Assembly (NCBI GenBank): GCA_041662745.1
Contig: JBAZRV010000002.1
Coordinates: 120,001-152,000 of the forward strand
Source: Patescibacteria group bacterium
GTDB lineage: Bacteria; Patescibacteriota; Patescibacteriia; 2-01-FULL-39-33
Length of the DNA: 32,000 bases
Direction of reading: 5' to 3'
The translations under genes were made by a program, and so were the position numbers. Positions 1 through 8,649 of this stretch are shown here, in pieces; the stretch's first letter is position 1, and the number at the start of each line of letters is the position of its first letter. The notes under the pieces were generated by a model. That model was not told the origin of the DNA. It was given only the letters and a program-made list of their open reading frames with translations, and did no database searches.

Positions 1-2
1 AG

Positions 3-1415
3 ATTAATTTTAGCCAAGACCATTCGGAAACAGTTTTGCCCCTAGGCATCTTATCGGTCGGCAGCCATTTGAAACGTTGCGGCTATAAAGTTGAACTGGT
101 AAATATTACGGAAAAACAAATTACTGAGATAGCCGCGATTATCGCCGAGAAAAATCCGCTCTGTGTCGGCTTATCAGTTATGACCGGCGTGCAGACGCGC
201 CAGAGCGCTGAATTATCCAAAAAAATAAAAACTTTAAATAAGGCCATACCAATTATTTGGGGCGGTATTCATCCGTCGCTTTTGCCAGAGCAGTGTCTGG
301 GTGAGGATTACATTGATTTCGTAGTTATTTCTGAGGGAGAGATAACTACGACGGAATTAGTAGAAAAAATAATCAGAGGAGGGGATTTTCATGATGTTTT
401 AGGCATCGGCTATAAGCAAGCCGGAAAAATTACCATCAATCCCAACCGCCCGTTTATTGCCAACCTTGATGATTTCCGCCTTGATTGGTCTTTATTGGAT
501 TTGGAGCTTTATATTTCTCCGTTGAAAAATTTTAAGCGAGTTATTGCTTACAAGGCCTCGCGCGGTTGCCCGTTTAATTGCTCTTTTTGCTATAATAATG
601 CCTTTAATCAGAATAAGTGGCGTGTTTGGTCGGTGGAGGCGGTAGCGGAGGACATTAATTGGCTGAAAGAGCATTATCAGATTGATGCCGTTAAATTTTA
701 CGATGATAATTTTTTTGTTGATAAGAATCGCGCTTGGCAGATCTTAGAAAAAATAAATTTACCGACGCATTTGGAGGTGCGAATTGATACGATTGACGAC
801 GACTTGGCTCAAAAACTCAAAGAGTTTAGGGTTTTTGACATGTTAATCGGCGTCGAGTCGGGCAGCGATCGCATTTTAAGTCTAATCGATAAAAGATTTA
901 CCGTTGATCGTATTTTGGCCGGAGTAAAGCTTTTAGCCAAGTATAATTTACCGGCTACTTATTCGGCGATTGTCGGTTTGCCGACGGAAACCAAGGAAGA
1001 GTTTGACCGAACAGTTGACTTGTTTAATCAAATTAAAAAAATTCAGCCGTCCGCGGTTTTTTCCTTAGGCGCTTATTTGCCTTATCCGGGATCAAAAATG
1101 TATGATTTTGCCATTAAGCAGGGTTTTAAGCCGCCAACTAAAACAGAAGATTGGGGCAAGATTGATCGTTTTAGGAAAGATTTTAGTTCGCCTTGGGTGA
1201 ACGCGCAAAAAGTTTGGCGGATTAGGGAATACTTTAAACTCCTGAATTGGCGGCTTGGTCCAATTATCAAGTGGTTTAAATGGCGCATTGAGCATCGATT
1301 TTTTGCTTGGCCGATAGATATTTATTTAGTGGAATACTTTGGCGGTATAGCTATTGAACAGAGGGGGTTTTTAGGCAAGACACTAAGAAAAATTTATAAT
1401 TTATTAAGAAGATAA
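3..1415 (+). CDS. B12-binding-domain radical SAM protein (class B rSAM type); 5' end runs off the window
   Basis: The frame is open from nt 3. INFSQDHSETV precedes the TTG at 36 and aligns with the LLINP...PPLGL N-termini of the in-window paralogs. An N-terminal Rossmann-like module (LPLGILSVGSHLKRCGYKVELVNI, WGGIHPSL, SEGE) is followed by SRGCPFNCSFC (CxxxCxxC). Confidence 0.85.
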   Translation: MNFSQDHSETVLPLGILSVGSHLKRCGYKVELVNITEKQITEIAAIIAEKNPLCVGLSVMTGVQTRQSAELSKKIKTLNKAIPIIWGGIHPSLLPEQCLGEDYIDFVVISEGEITTTELVEKIIRGGDFHDVLGIGYKQAGKITINPNRPFIANLDDFRLDWSLLDLELYISPLKNFKRVIAYKASRGCPFNCSFCYNNAFNQNKWRVWSVEAVAEDINWLKEHYQIDAVKFYDDNFFVDKNRAWQILEKINLPTHLEVRIDTIDDDLAQKLKEFRVFDMLIGVESGSDRILSLIDKRFTVDRILAGVKLLAKYNLPATYSAIVGLPTETKEEFDRTVDLFNQIKKIQPSAVFSLGAYLPYPGSKMYDFAIKQGFKPPTKTEDWGKIDRFRKDFSSPWVNAQKVWRIREYFKLLNWRLGPIIKWFKWRIEHRFFAWPIDIYLVEYFGGIAIEQRGFLGKTLRKIYNLLRR

Positions 1416-1421
1416 CTGTTT

Positions 1422-2552
1422 ATGAGGATTTTAGTTTTCGGATCAGATCCGGCAATTTTAAATAGTTCCTCCAGCGTCGCTCAAAGAGCTATTGATGCCA
1501 GTATTGGTATTGATAAATATTCAGTAATCGTTCCTAATTATTCCGATGTAATAAAGCAGCATCAAGAAAATCTCTGGATTTACGGAGTCAACGCTAAAAA
1601 TAAAATAGTTGCTTCATATAAGATTTATCGCCTGGCCAATCAGCTTTTAAAAAAAGAAAAATTTGATTTAATTACCACCCCCGATGCTTATTATCTGGCT
1701 TTGGCCGGTTGGCTGTTGACCAGAAAAAATAAAATAAAATTAGAAGTTCAAATCCATGGCTTTGAAAAATTTTTTGGTCTGCGGAAACTCATTGCTAAAT
1801 TTGTTTTACCCCGGGCTGATGCCGTCAGGGTTGTCAGTGAGCGGCTCAGAAGAATGATGGTTAGGGAGTTTGGGGTTGTTAATGATAAAATTACGGTCGT
1901 GCCGGTTTTTTCTCCGCCTTACATAAATAATGATAATAGTAATCAGCCAGCGGCAGAACGCCAAGCGGGCAAGTTTGTTTTTTTAACTGTTTCTCGGTTG
2001 GTCTCTATTAAGAATATTCCTCTGCAAATTGAGGCCATGGCTGAAATGGTAAAAGATTTTCCGCAGGCGGAATTATGGCTGACCGGAGACGGTCCGGAGA
2101 AAGACCATTTGACTGAGCAGATAAACCAACTGAATTTAACCCATAAGGTTAAGCTTTTAGGCCATAAGAATAGGGAAGAGCTCGATGTTTTGTATCGTCA
2201 AGCCGATGTTTTTTTATTGACTTCATTGGCTGAAGGCTGGCCGATTGTGATTATGGAGGCGGCGCGTTATGGTTTGCCGATTATTATGACTGATGTTGGT
2301 TCGGCTGGAGAATTAATCATTAATCAGAAAAGCGGTTTAGTGATCCCCATTAATGATAAGCAGAAATTGATTTCTCAGATGAAGCTACTGATAGTCAATC
2401 AGGAGTTAAGGGAGTTGATCGGCCGGGGAGCCTTAAAGGCGGTAAACAGCATGCCCAATAAGGAGGAGATTATAAGGCTGTATCAGCTGGGCTGGCAGCG
2501 GGCGGTGGCTGATAAAATAGCCGTCGCTGGATCAGTAGAGAAGCAAAATTAA
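1422..2552 (+). CDS. Glycosyltransferase, GT4 (GT-B, Glycos_transf_1 type)
   Basis: 376-aa ORF starting 7 nt after the upstream stop. The C-terminal domain has an EX7E-type segment (SLAEGWPIVIMEAARYGLPIIMTDVGSAGELI). The N-terminus is MRILVFGSD. Confidence 0.85.
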   Translation: MRILVFGSDPAILNSSSSVAQRAIDASIGIDKYSVIVPNYSDVIKQHQENLWIYGVNAKNKIVASYKIYRLANQLLKKEKFDLITTPDAYYLALAGWLLTRKNKIKLEVQIHGFEKFFGLRKLIAKFVLPRADAVRVVSERLRRMMVREFGVVNDKITVVPVFSPPYINNDNSNQPAAERQAGKFVFLTVSRLVSIKNIPLQIEAMAEMVKDFPQAELWLTGDGPEKDHLTEQINQLNLTHKVKLLGHKNREELDVLYRQADVFLLTSLAEGWPIVIMEAARYGLPIIMTDVGSAGELIINQKSGLVIPINDKQKLISQMKLLIVNQELRELIGRGALKAVNSMPNKEEIIRLYQLGWQRAVADKIAVAGSVEKQN

Positions 2553-2556
2553 ATTT

Positions 2557-3594
2557 ATGAAATTATTGGTTTTAACACAAAAAGTAGATAAGGATGATGC
2601 CGTTCTCGGATTTTTCCATAAGTGGTTGGAAAAAATGGCTGCTCGCTGCGAGAGCGTGGTAGTTATTTGCCTTGGTTGTGGTCGTTATGATTTGCCGGTT
2701 AATATCAAAGTGTTGTCTCTAGGGAAAGAACAGGGAGCGAGCAGACTCAGATATGTGATTAATTTTTTTAATTATATTTGGCGGGAACGGCGCAATTATG
2801 ATCGGATTTTTGTGCACATGAATCCGGAATATTTAGTGCTGGGCGGCTGGCTTTGGTTTTGTTTACGCAAGCCAGCTTATCTCTGGTTTAATCATCAATA
2901 TGGCAATTGGCTTGCTCGCTGCGGTCAGATATGGACAACTAAAATTTTTTACACTTCACCCCAATCGTTTTTTGCCGGCAGTTCTAAGAGTATTTCTATG
3001 CCGGTAGGCATCGATACGGATAATTTTAGGCGACAGGGCGATGAGCCGCGTCAGAATAATTCCTGTTTATGTTTAGGTCGGATTTCTCCAGTTAAGAATA
3101 TTGAAGTTTTGATAGAAGCCGTGAAGATGCTTGATAAAAATGGCGTTGGATTGGTAGTAAAAATAATCGGCAGCGCTTTAAATAAAGATCAGGATTATCT
3201 TAAGGCACTGAAGGCTTCTTCAGCCGAATTAGTTTCTATCGGCAAAGTTTTTTGGCAAGAAGAAATTCCTAATTACCAAACCCCTACAATTTATCGCCAA
3301 TATGATTTTTTTGTTAATTTGACCAATTCTGGTTCTTTGGATAAGGCGATTTTGGAGGCCATGGCTTGCGGTTGCCTAACTCTGGTTTCTAATACTTCAT
3401 TAGAAGCGGTTTTGCCTGCCGAGCTGCTATTCAAAGAAAAGGATAGCATTGATTTGTCCCAAAAGATTATTGAAATTCTTGGCTGGACTGAAGAGAAAAA
3501 AGAAGCCCTCAGGGTTTCGTTAGCCGATTACGTCGAAAAAGCACATAGTTTGAATATGTTATTGGATAGAATATTTTTTTATTTGAATTCATGA
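2557..3594 (+). CDS. Glycosyltransferase, GT4-like (GT-B)
   Basis: 345-aa ORF. The N-terminus MKLLVLTQKVDKDDAVLGFFHKWLEKMA and the C-terminal SGSLDKAILEAMACGCLTLVSN resemble group-1 glycosyltransferases. The stop overlaps the next start (ATGA). Confidence 0.75.
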   Translation: MKLLVLTQKVDKDDAVLGFFHKWLEKMAARCESVVVICLGCGRYDLPVNIKVLSLGKEQGASRLRYVINFFNYIWRERRNYDRIFVHMNPEYLVLGGWLWFCLRKPAYLWFNHQYGNWLARCGQIWTTKIFYTSPQSFFAGSSKSISMPVGIDTDNFRRQGDEPRQNNSCLCLGRISPVKNIEVLIEAVKMLDKNGVGLVVKIIGSALNKDQDYLKALKASSAELVSIGKVFWQEEIPNYQTPTIYRQYDFFVNLTNSGSLDKAILEAMACGCLTLVSNTSLEAVLPAELLFKEKDSIDLSQKIIEILGWTEEKKEALRVSLADYVEKAHSLNMLLDRIFFYLNS

Positions 3595-4346
3595 AGCTAA
3601 AATCGTTGCTTAAAAATTTAATTTATCGTTGTTTATATTTTTTTCCGGCCGGTTCTAATCAGGCCGTCATATTAATGTATCATTCTATTGGCGAAAATAA
3701 TGTTTATTTTACCGTTAGGGCGGAAGAATTCTCTAAACAGATGGATTATTTAGTTAAAAATAACTATAATGTTGTAACTTTGAATAATTTGATTAAGCTG
3801 TTAAAAACAGGGACTATTCCGTCTAAAACGGTGGTTTTGACTTTTGATGATGGTTATAAGGATAACTATGTTAATGTTTATCCGATCTTAAAAAAATATA
3901 ATTTTTCGGCTACTATATTTTTGGCCACGGGCCTGATCGGACAAAAGATTCCTAATTCGTCGGGTGAAGCGCTAGCAGCCCTTAGCTGGAAAGAAATTAA
4001 AGAGATGAATCAGGGGGGATTAATTGATTTCCAGCCGCATACGGTTCAACACCAAAAAAATTATCTTAATAATGAAACCAATATTGCCAGCGAGGTTTCT
4101 AATTCTAAGCGGGAAATTGAAGAAGGCCTGCTTAAGACCTGCCAATTATTCGCCTATCCTTCGGGCAAATATAATGACTCAATAATTAAGGTTTTGAAAA
4201 ATTTGGGTTTTATCGCCGCTTTAACTGTCAGTAGGGGTGTGGTTAAAAGTTATGATGATTTATTCCGCTTAAAACGTAATTCTATTGATAGTCGAATAAG
4301 TTTAAATATGTTCAAGACCATTATTAAGCGAGGGAGAATTAATTAA
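3591..4346 (+). CDS. Polysaccharide deacetylase (CE4 / NodB homology domain)
   Basis: CE4 motif 1 LTFDDGYKDNY and motif 2 HTVQH (H-S/T-x-x-H) are present. The start is coupled to the upstream gene by an ATGA overlap. Confidence 0.85.
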   Translation: MKLKSLLKNLIYRCLYFFPAGSNQAVILMYHSIGENNVYFTVRAEEFSKQMDYLVKNNYNVVTLNNLIKLLKTGTIPSKTVVLTFDDGYKDNYVNVYPILKKYNFSATIFLATGLIGQKIPNSSGEALAALSWKEIKEMNQGGLIDFQPHTVQHQKNYLNNETNIASEVSNSKREIEEGLLKTCQLFAYPSGKYNDSIIKVLKNLGFIAALTVSRGVVKSYDDLFRLKRNSIDSRISLNMFKTIIKRGRIN

Positions 4347-4350
4347 AATT

Positions 4351-4998
4351 ATGCATAAAGCTTTTGATTTTGTTAGGGAAGTGCTGAGGGGTAAGACCAT
4401 TTATCGGATTCTATTCAATTGGGAGGTGCAAAAGCATTGCCGGAATTTATCTGGGGAGGTTTTGGATCTGGCAAGCGGCGGTTTGGCTAGTTATTATCGC
4501 TATCTGCCTAAAAATACAAAATTGATAAGGACCGATTATCGACCAGGAAAGGATATTGATTTAGTCGTTGATTTAAACCGGCCATTACCTTTGCCGGATA
4601 ATCAGTATCAAAATATATTATTATTTAACGCGATAAATATTTTAGTAAATACCACTGACGTGTTCAAGGAAATAAATCGTATTTTAACAGTTGGAGGCAA
4701 ATTATTTCTTTCCTCATTATTTATCGCCAATGAGATGCCGGAACCCCACGATTTTAATCGCTTAACTTATGAAGGCATAATGAAACAATTAACGGCCGCA
4801 GGATTTTCTCGGGTGGAAATTTATCGTATAGGAGAACGGGCGACTGCCGCTACCCATATCATGGCCCCTTTTTATCCTTTCAGTTTTATACGCTTGTTTA
4901 TTTATCCTATGGCGATATTGCTTGATCGCTTAATTTCTAAATCAGTCAGAACCAAGTATCCTTGCCCGATCGGTTATTTTGTAATCGCTCAAAAGTAA
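4351..4998 (+). CDS. Class I SAM-dependent methyltransferase (putative)
   Basis: Motif I-like VLDLASGG, then LTVGGKLFLSS (motif III-like) and a hydrophobic C-terminal tail. 215-aa ORF, 4 nt after the upstream stop. Confidence 0.65.
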   Translation: MHKAFDFVREVLRGKTIYRILFNWEVQKHCRNLSGEVLDLASGGLASYYRYLPKNTKLIRTDYRPGKDIDLVVDLNRPLPLPDNQYQNILLFNAINILVNTTDVFKEINRILTVGGKLFLSSLFIANEMPEPHDFNRLTYEGIMKQLTAAGFSRVEIYRIGERATAATHIMAPFYPFSFIRLFIYPMAILLDRLISKSVRTKYPCPIGYFVIAQK

Positions 4999-5014
4999 GC
5001 AAAAAATTAGAATT

Positions 5015-6133
5015 ATGAATAAGTCATTGACATTAAAAAAGATAATTAAGAAAATCGGCATTTATCAGTCGCTGCGAAATAGTTGGGAAAAACTCCAATC
5101 TCGAAAATATCGCGATACTTTGTTTTTGATTGAAAACAAAAAAGATCTGCCTCTGCCCAAAGATATTATTTTCGAGCCAACAACCCGTTGTAATTTAAAT
5201 TGTTGCATGTGTCCGCAACGCGAAGAGCGCAAACAACTAAAACCGGATTTGCCTCCCAGCCAAACCAAGGACTTATTGATTAAACTTAAAAAAGAGCTCG
5301 ATATCAAATCAATTAGTTTGATCGGCGGAGAGGTTCTGGTCAGAAGTGATATCTTGGAAATCATAAAGACGCTCAAAGATTTACATATTAAGGTTTTTAT
5401 TTCAACTAATGGAACATTGATTGATGAAAGATTGGCTGGAGAGTTTAATAAATTTAAGAATATTTCCGGCTTGGCTTTTTCTCTTGATGGCTTAAGGGAG
5501 AGGCACAACCAGATTAGGGGCAAGGATTATGCTTTTGATGGTGTTAAACAGGCCGTGGCTTTGCTTAAAGATGATTTTTCTTTGACCATTAACGCTGTAT
5601 TGATGGATGAAAATCTTAATCAGTTGGTGGATTTAGCCCGACAAATCAAGGCTTGGGGGGTGCCTAATTATTCTTTACAGTTTGAAATGTTTTCTACTGC
5701 CGCTGAAGTGGCTGCATCGGCGAAAATACTAGGGTTAGAGAATCAGGAAGATATTGCTGTAGAAATTAAAGAAAATCAGGATTACAGTTTTTCCCAAGAG
5801 GCGATTAGCGCGATTATTGAGGAATTAAATAAAATTCCCGGTTTAGCTTTGATGATCCAACCGCGTCTTTATTCTCGTTTTCCCGAATTTTATTTAAAAG
5901 GAGAATTAAGGCAAAAAGTAAAATTAGATTGCAAGTATGTTAATACCTTGAGAATTAGCGCTCAAGGGAAAATGATTTTTTGTCCTTTTATCAAAAAAAG
6001 TTTTGGCAGTTTATTAACTAATGATATCGCTAAAGTTTGGAATAGTGCTGAGGTGAAAGACTTCAGGCAAAAACTTTATGCTAATAATTTAACGCCGGTC
6101 TGCAAGCGTTGTTGCCGCTTGGGCGCGAAATAA
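5015..6133 (+). CDS. Radical SAM protein with SPASM/twitch-type C-terminal Cys cluster
   Basis: EPTTRCNLNCCMCPQ (CxxxCxxC). The C-terminus has CKYVNTLRISAQGKMIFC (Cx11Gx4C) plus PVCKRCC. Confidence 0.85.
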   Translation: MNKSLTLKKIIKKIGIYQSLRNSWEKLQSRKYRDTLFLIENKKDLPLPKDIIFEPTTRCNLNCCMCPQREERKQLKPDLPPSQTKDLLIKLKKELDIKSISLIGGEVLVRSDILEIIKTLKDLHIKVFISTNGTLIDERLAGEFNKFKNISGLAFSLDGLRERHNQIRGKDYAFDGVKQAVALLKDDFSLTINAVLMDENLNQLVDLARQIKAWGVPNYSLQFEMFSTAAEVAASAKILGLENQEDIAVEIKENQDYSFSQEAISAIIEELNKIPGLALMIQPRLYSRFPEFYLKGELRQKVKLDCKYVNTLRISAQGKMIFCPFIKKSFGSLLTNDIAKVWNSAEVKDFRQKLYANNLTPVCKRCCRLGAK

Positions 6134-6137
6134 TATT

Positions 6138-7274
6138 ATGAAGATTATATATTTAGCTAATTTGCGGTTACCGACTGAAAGGGCCCATGGTTTGCAAATC
6201 ATGAAGATGTGCGAGTCTTTCGCCGAAGCAAAAAATGAGGTGGAATTGGTGGTGCCGCAACGGTTTAATAAAATTAAAGAAGATTATTTCTCTTATTATA
6301 ATGTTAAGGATAATTTTAAGGTTACTAAGTTGCCCTGTTTTGATCTATTGCCGCTCGATCGCTGGTTGGGTGTTTTTGCGTTGTGGTTAGAGCTGACGAC
6401 TTTTTTGCTGGCAGCTAAGGCGTATTTATTTTTTAGGGTTTATGGCATGATTTATACCCGCGAGCCGTTAGTCGGTTTATTTTTTAAGAATTGCATTTTA
6501 GAGGTGCACTCATTGCCCAAGTTTAATTATTATTTTTTCCGTTTAGCTGTTAAGAGGTCTAAATTATTGATAGTTTTAACCGAAGGGATAAAACAAGCGT
6601 TAATCACGCAAGGAATTAGCGCTGATAAAATCATGGTTTCTCCTGATGCTGTCGATTTACAGCAATTTAAAACAGAATTAAGCCAGGCTGAAGCGAGAGA
6701 AAAATTATCCTTGCCCTTAAAATCAAAAATTATCGTTTATACTGGACATTTATATCCCTGGAAGGGAGTTGACGTGTTAGCTGAAGCGGCGTCTTTATTG
6801 CCGGCTGATTGCTTGGTGGTTTTTGTCGGCGGAGTTAAGGAGGATATTGATGAATTTAGAACTAAATATGCCAGCGTAAAAAGTATTTTAATTTTTGGTC
6901 ATCGACCACATCAAGAAATGCCGATTTTTTTGAAGGCGGCTGATGCCCTGGCTTTGCCTAATAGCGGTAAGGAGGAAATTTCCAGAGTTTATACTTCACC
7001 CATGAAATTGTTTGAATATATGAGTAGTGGTACGCCCATAGTCGCTTCGGTTCTGCCGTCATTAAGGGAAATTTTAGACAATAAAAATTCTTATCTAGTT
7101 GAACCGGATAATGCTCAGGCTTTGGTTGATGGTATTAAATATTTATTAAATAATGAAGATATCGGGGGAAAATTAGCAGCTGCGGCTTTGCAAAAAGTAG
7201 AACAATACACTTGGGTTAAGCGAGTAAAAAATATTTTAAATTTTATTAGCACCGCTGATCAGCGATTTAAATAA
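6138..7274 (+). CDS. Glycosyltransferase, GT4 (GT-B)
   Basis: The N-terminus is MKIIYLANLRLPTERAHGLQIMKMCESFA. The C-terminal SPMKLFEYMSSGTPIVAS is typical of group-1 GTs. 378 aa. Confidence 0.8.
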   Translation: MKIIYLANLRLPTERAHGLQIMKMCESFAEAKNEVELVVPQRFNKIKEDYFSYYNVKDNFKVTKLPCFDLLPLDRWLGVFALWLELTTFLLAAKAYLFFRVYGMIYTREPLVGLFFKNCILEVHSLPKFNYYFFRLAVKRSKLLIVLTEGIKQALITQGISADKIMVSPDAVDLQQFKTELSQAEAREKLSLPLKSKIIVYTGHLYPWKGVDVLAEAASLLPADCLVVFVGGVKEDIDEFRTKYASVKSILIFGHRPHQEMPIFLKAADALALPNSGKEEISRVYTSPMKLFEYMSSGTPIVASVLPSLREILDNKNSYLVEPDNAQALVDGIKYLLNNEDIGGKLAAAALQKVEQYTWVKRVKNILNFISTADQRFK

Positions 7275-7295
7275 AAGTAATCATTCTAAATAGTT

Positions 7296-8648
7296 ATGAA
7301 ATTTTTTTTGTTAGTGCCGAATTTTAATCAAGGAAAAAAATCAATTATGAGTGTCAGGGCTAGACAGCCGCTGTCTATGGCGATTATCGCTGCTATATTG
7401 ATTAAAGATAGTCACCAGGTAAAATTACTGGACGCTAATGTTTTAAATTTATCTTTAACGGAGGTTCTGGCCGAGATTGCGGCTTATGGGCCGGATTTTT
7501 TTATTTTGACTTCAACTAAAATTGATCGCTGGGAGTGTCCCAATTCCAATATTGAAAATATTTTTCAGATTATCAATCAGGTTTCAGCTAAGTATAAAAT
7601 TTTAATTGGCAGTCATGGCACTACTATGCCGGAATGGGTATTTGAAAATTGCCAAACAGATTTTATTATTCGAGGCGAACCTGAGTTAGCCGTTCAGAAT
7701 TTGATTATCAGCCTGGTTAGTGGTCAAACTATTTCAAATATCGCCGGCTTATCTTATCGTCAAGGAGAGAAGATAATAAATAATCCCAGCGAAAGAATAA
7801 CTGACTTGGATATTTTGCCACTCCCGGCTTATAATTTATTGCCGATGGCTGAATACTCTTGTAATGATTTTGAAAAGCCTTTTTCAATTGTGATGACCTC
7901 GCGTGGCTGTCCCTATAATTGTATTTTTTGCCTTAAAGCAATGATGCCGGGTCAATATGTTGTTAGAAGTGTTGATAAGGTGCTCGAAGAAATAGAATAC
8001 CTGATAAAAAATTTTCAAATTAAATCTATTTTTTTTCAAGATTGGGAATTTTTTATTGATAGTGACAGAGTCGAAAAAATTTGCTTGGAAATTATTAGAC
8101 GTGGTTTAAAATTCACTTGGGGCGCTAATGCCCGAGCGACGGATATTACCAAAAGCGAATATCTCATGCCTTTAGTTAAGCAGGCTGGTTGCATTCTGAT
8201 TAATTTGGGTATGGAATCTGCCAGTAATCGAGTTTTGGAACGAATTAATAAAAGAATAACTCAAGCTGATTTGCAACAAGCTGTAGATATTTTTAAGATT
8301 CATGGTATTAGTGGTGGTTATTGCGTCCTTTTAAATGCACCAGGGGAGAACCATCAAACGATTCAAGAAACGATTGATTTTGTGGTTAAAAATGATTTAC
8401 AGGTTAAGCAATTTTTGCCAGTCATTCCTTACCCCGGCACAGTCCTCTTTGATCTTATTAAGAAGAAATTTCCTAATCGAATTTTAAATTGGAATAATAT
8501 CGAACAATATGCTGGTTTAATCGAAGTTGAAAGTAAACCTTTTTGGAGCCTGTGGTTTTTAAGAAATTATAAAAATCATCTGAAATATGGCCGAGGCTAC
8601 TGGTTAAGGCCGGTTTTTTGGCGCGAAGTTGTTCTAAAAAATAAATAG
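7296..8648 (+). CDS. B12-binding-domain radical SAM protein (divergent paralog)
   Basis: SRGCPYNCIFC is preceded by a Rossmann-like N-terminal domain. It has variant motifs (IGSHGTT instead of GGPH, RGEPE instead of RGEGE). PYPGT lies in the C-terminal part. Confidence 0.85.
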   Translation: MKFFLLVPNFNQGKKSIMSVRARQPLSMAIIAAILIKDSHQVKLLDANVLNLSLTEVLAEIAAYGPDFFILTSTKIDRWECPNSNIENIFQIINQVSAKYKILIGSHGTTMPEWVFENCQTDFIIRGEPELAVQNLIISLVSGQTISNIAGLSYRQGEKIINNPSERITDLDILPLPAYNLLPMAEYSCNDFEKPFSIVMTSRGCPYNCIFCLKAMMPGQYVVRSVDKVLEEIEYLIKNFQIKSIFFQDWEFFIDSDRVEKICLEIIRRGLKFTWGANARATDITKSEYLMPLVKQAGCILINLGMESASNRVLERINKRITQADLQQAVDIFKIHGISGGYCVLLNAPGENHQTIQETIDFVVKNDLQVKQFLPVIPYPGTVLFDLIKKKFPNRILNWNNIEQYAGLIEVESKPFWSLWFLRNYKNHLKYGRGYWLRPVFWREVVLKNK

Positions 8649-8649
8649 T

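Noticed and set aside
3592-3594. Alternative genetic code with UGA reassigned, as in some candidate phyla.
   Set aside because: TGA terminates ORFs at 3592-3594 and 12595-12597, where the proteins end at normal family lengths and the next gene starts by ATGA overlap. This is consistent with the standard code 11.
5065-5523. Long antisense or alternate-frame ORFs in the six-frame track. Examples are 5065-5523 (152 aa), 16658-17026 (122 aa), 12946-13281 (111 aa), 23715-24053 (112 aa), 21181-21438, 27253-27507, 31491-31739 and the many 60-90 aa ones.
   Set aside because: Each lies entirely inside a longer ORF with clear family motifs on the other strand or frame. Their translations are low-complexity or K/R/I-rich with no recognisable motifs. 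They are shadow ORFs, as expected in AT-rich DNA.
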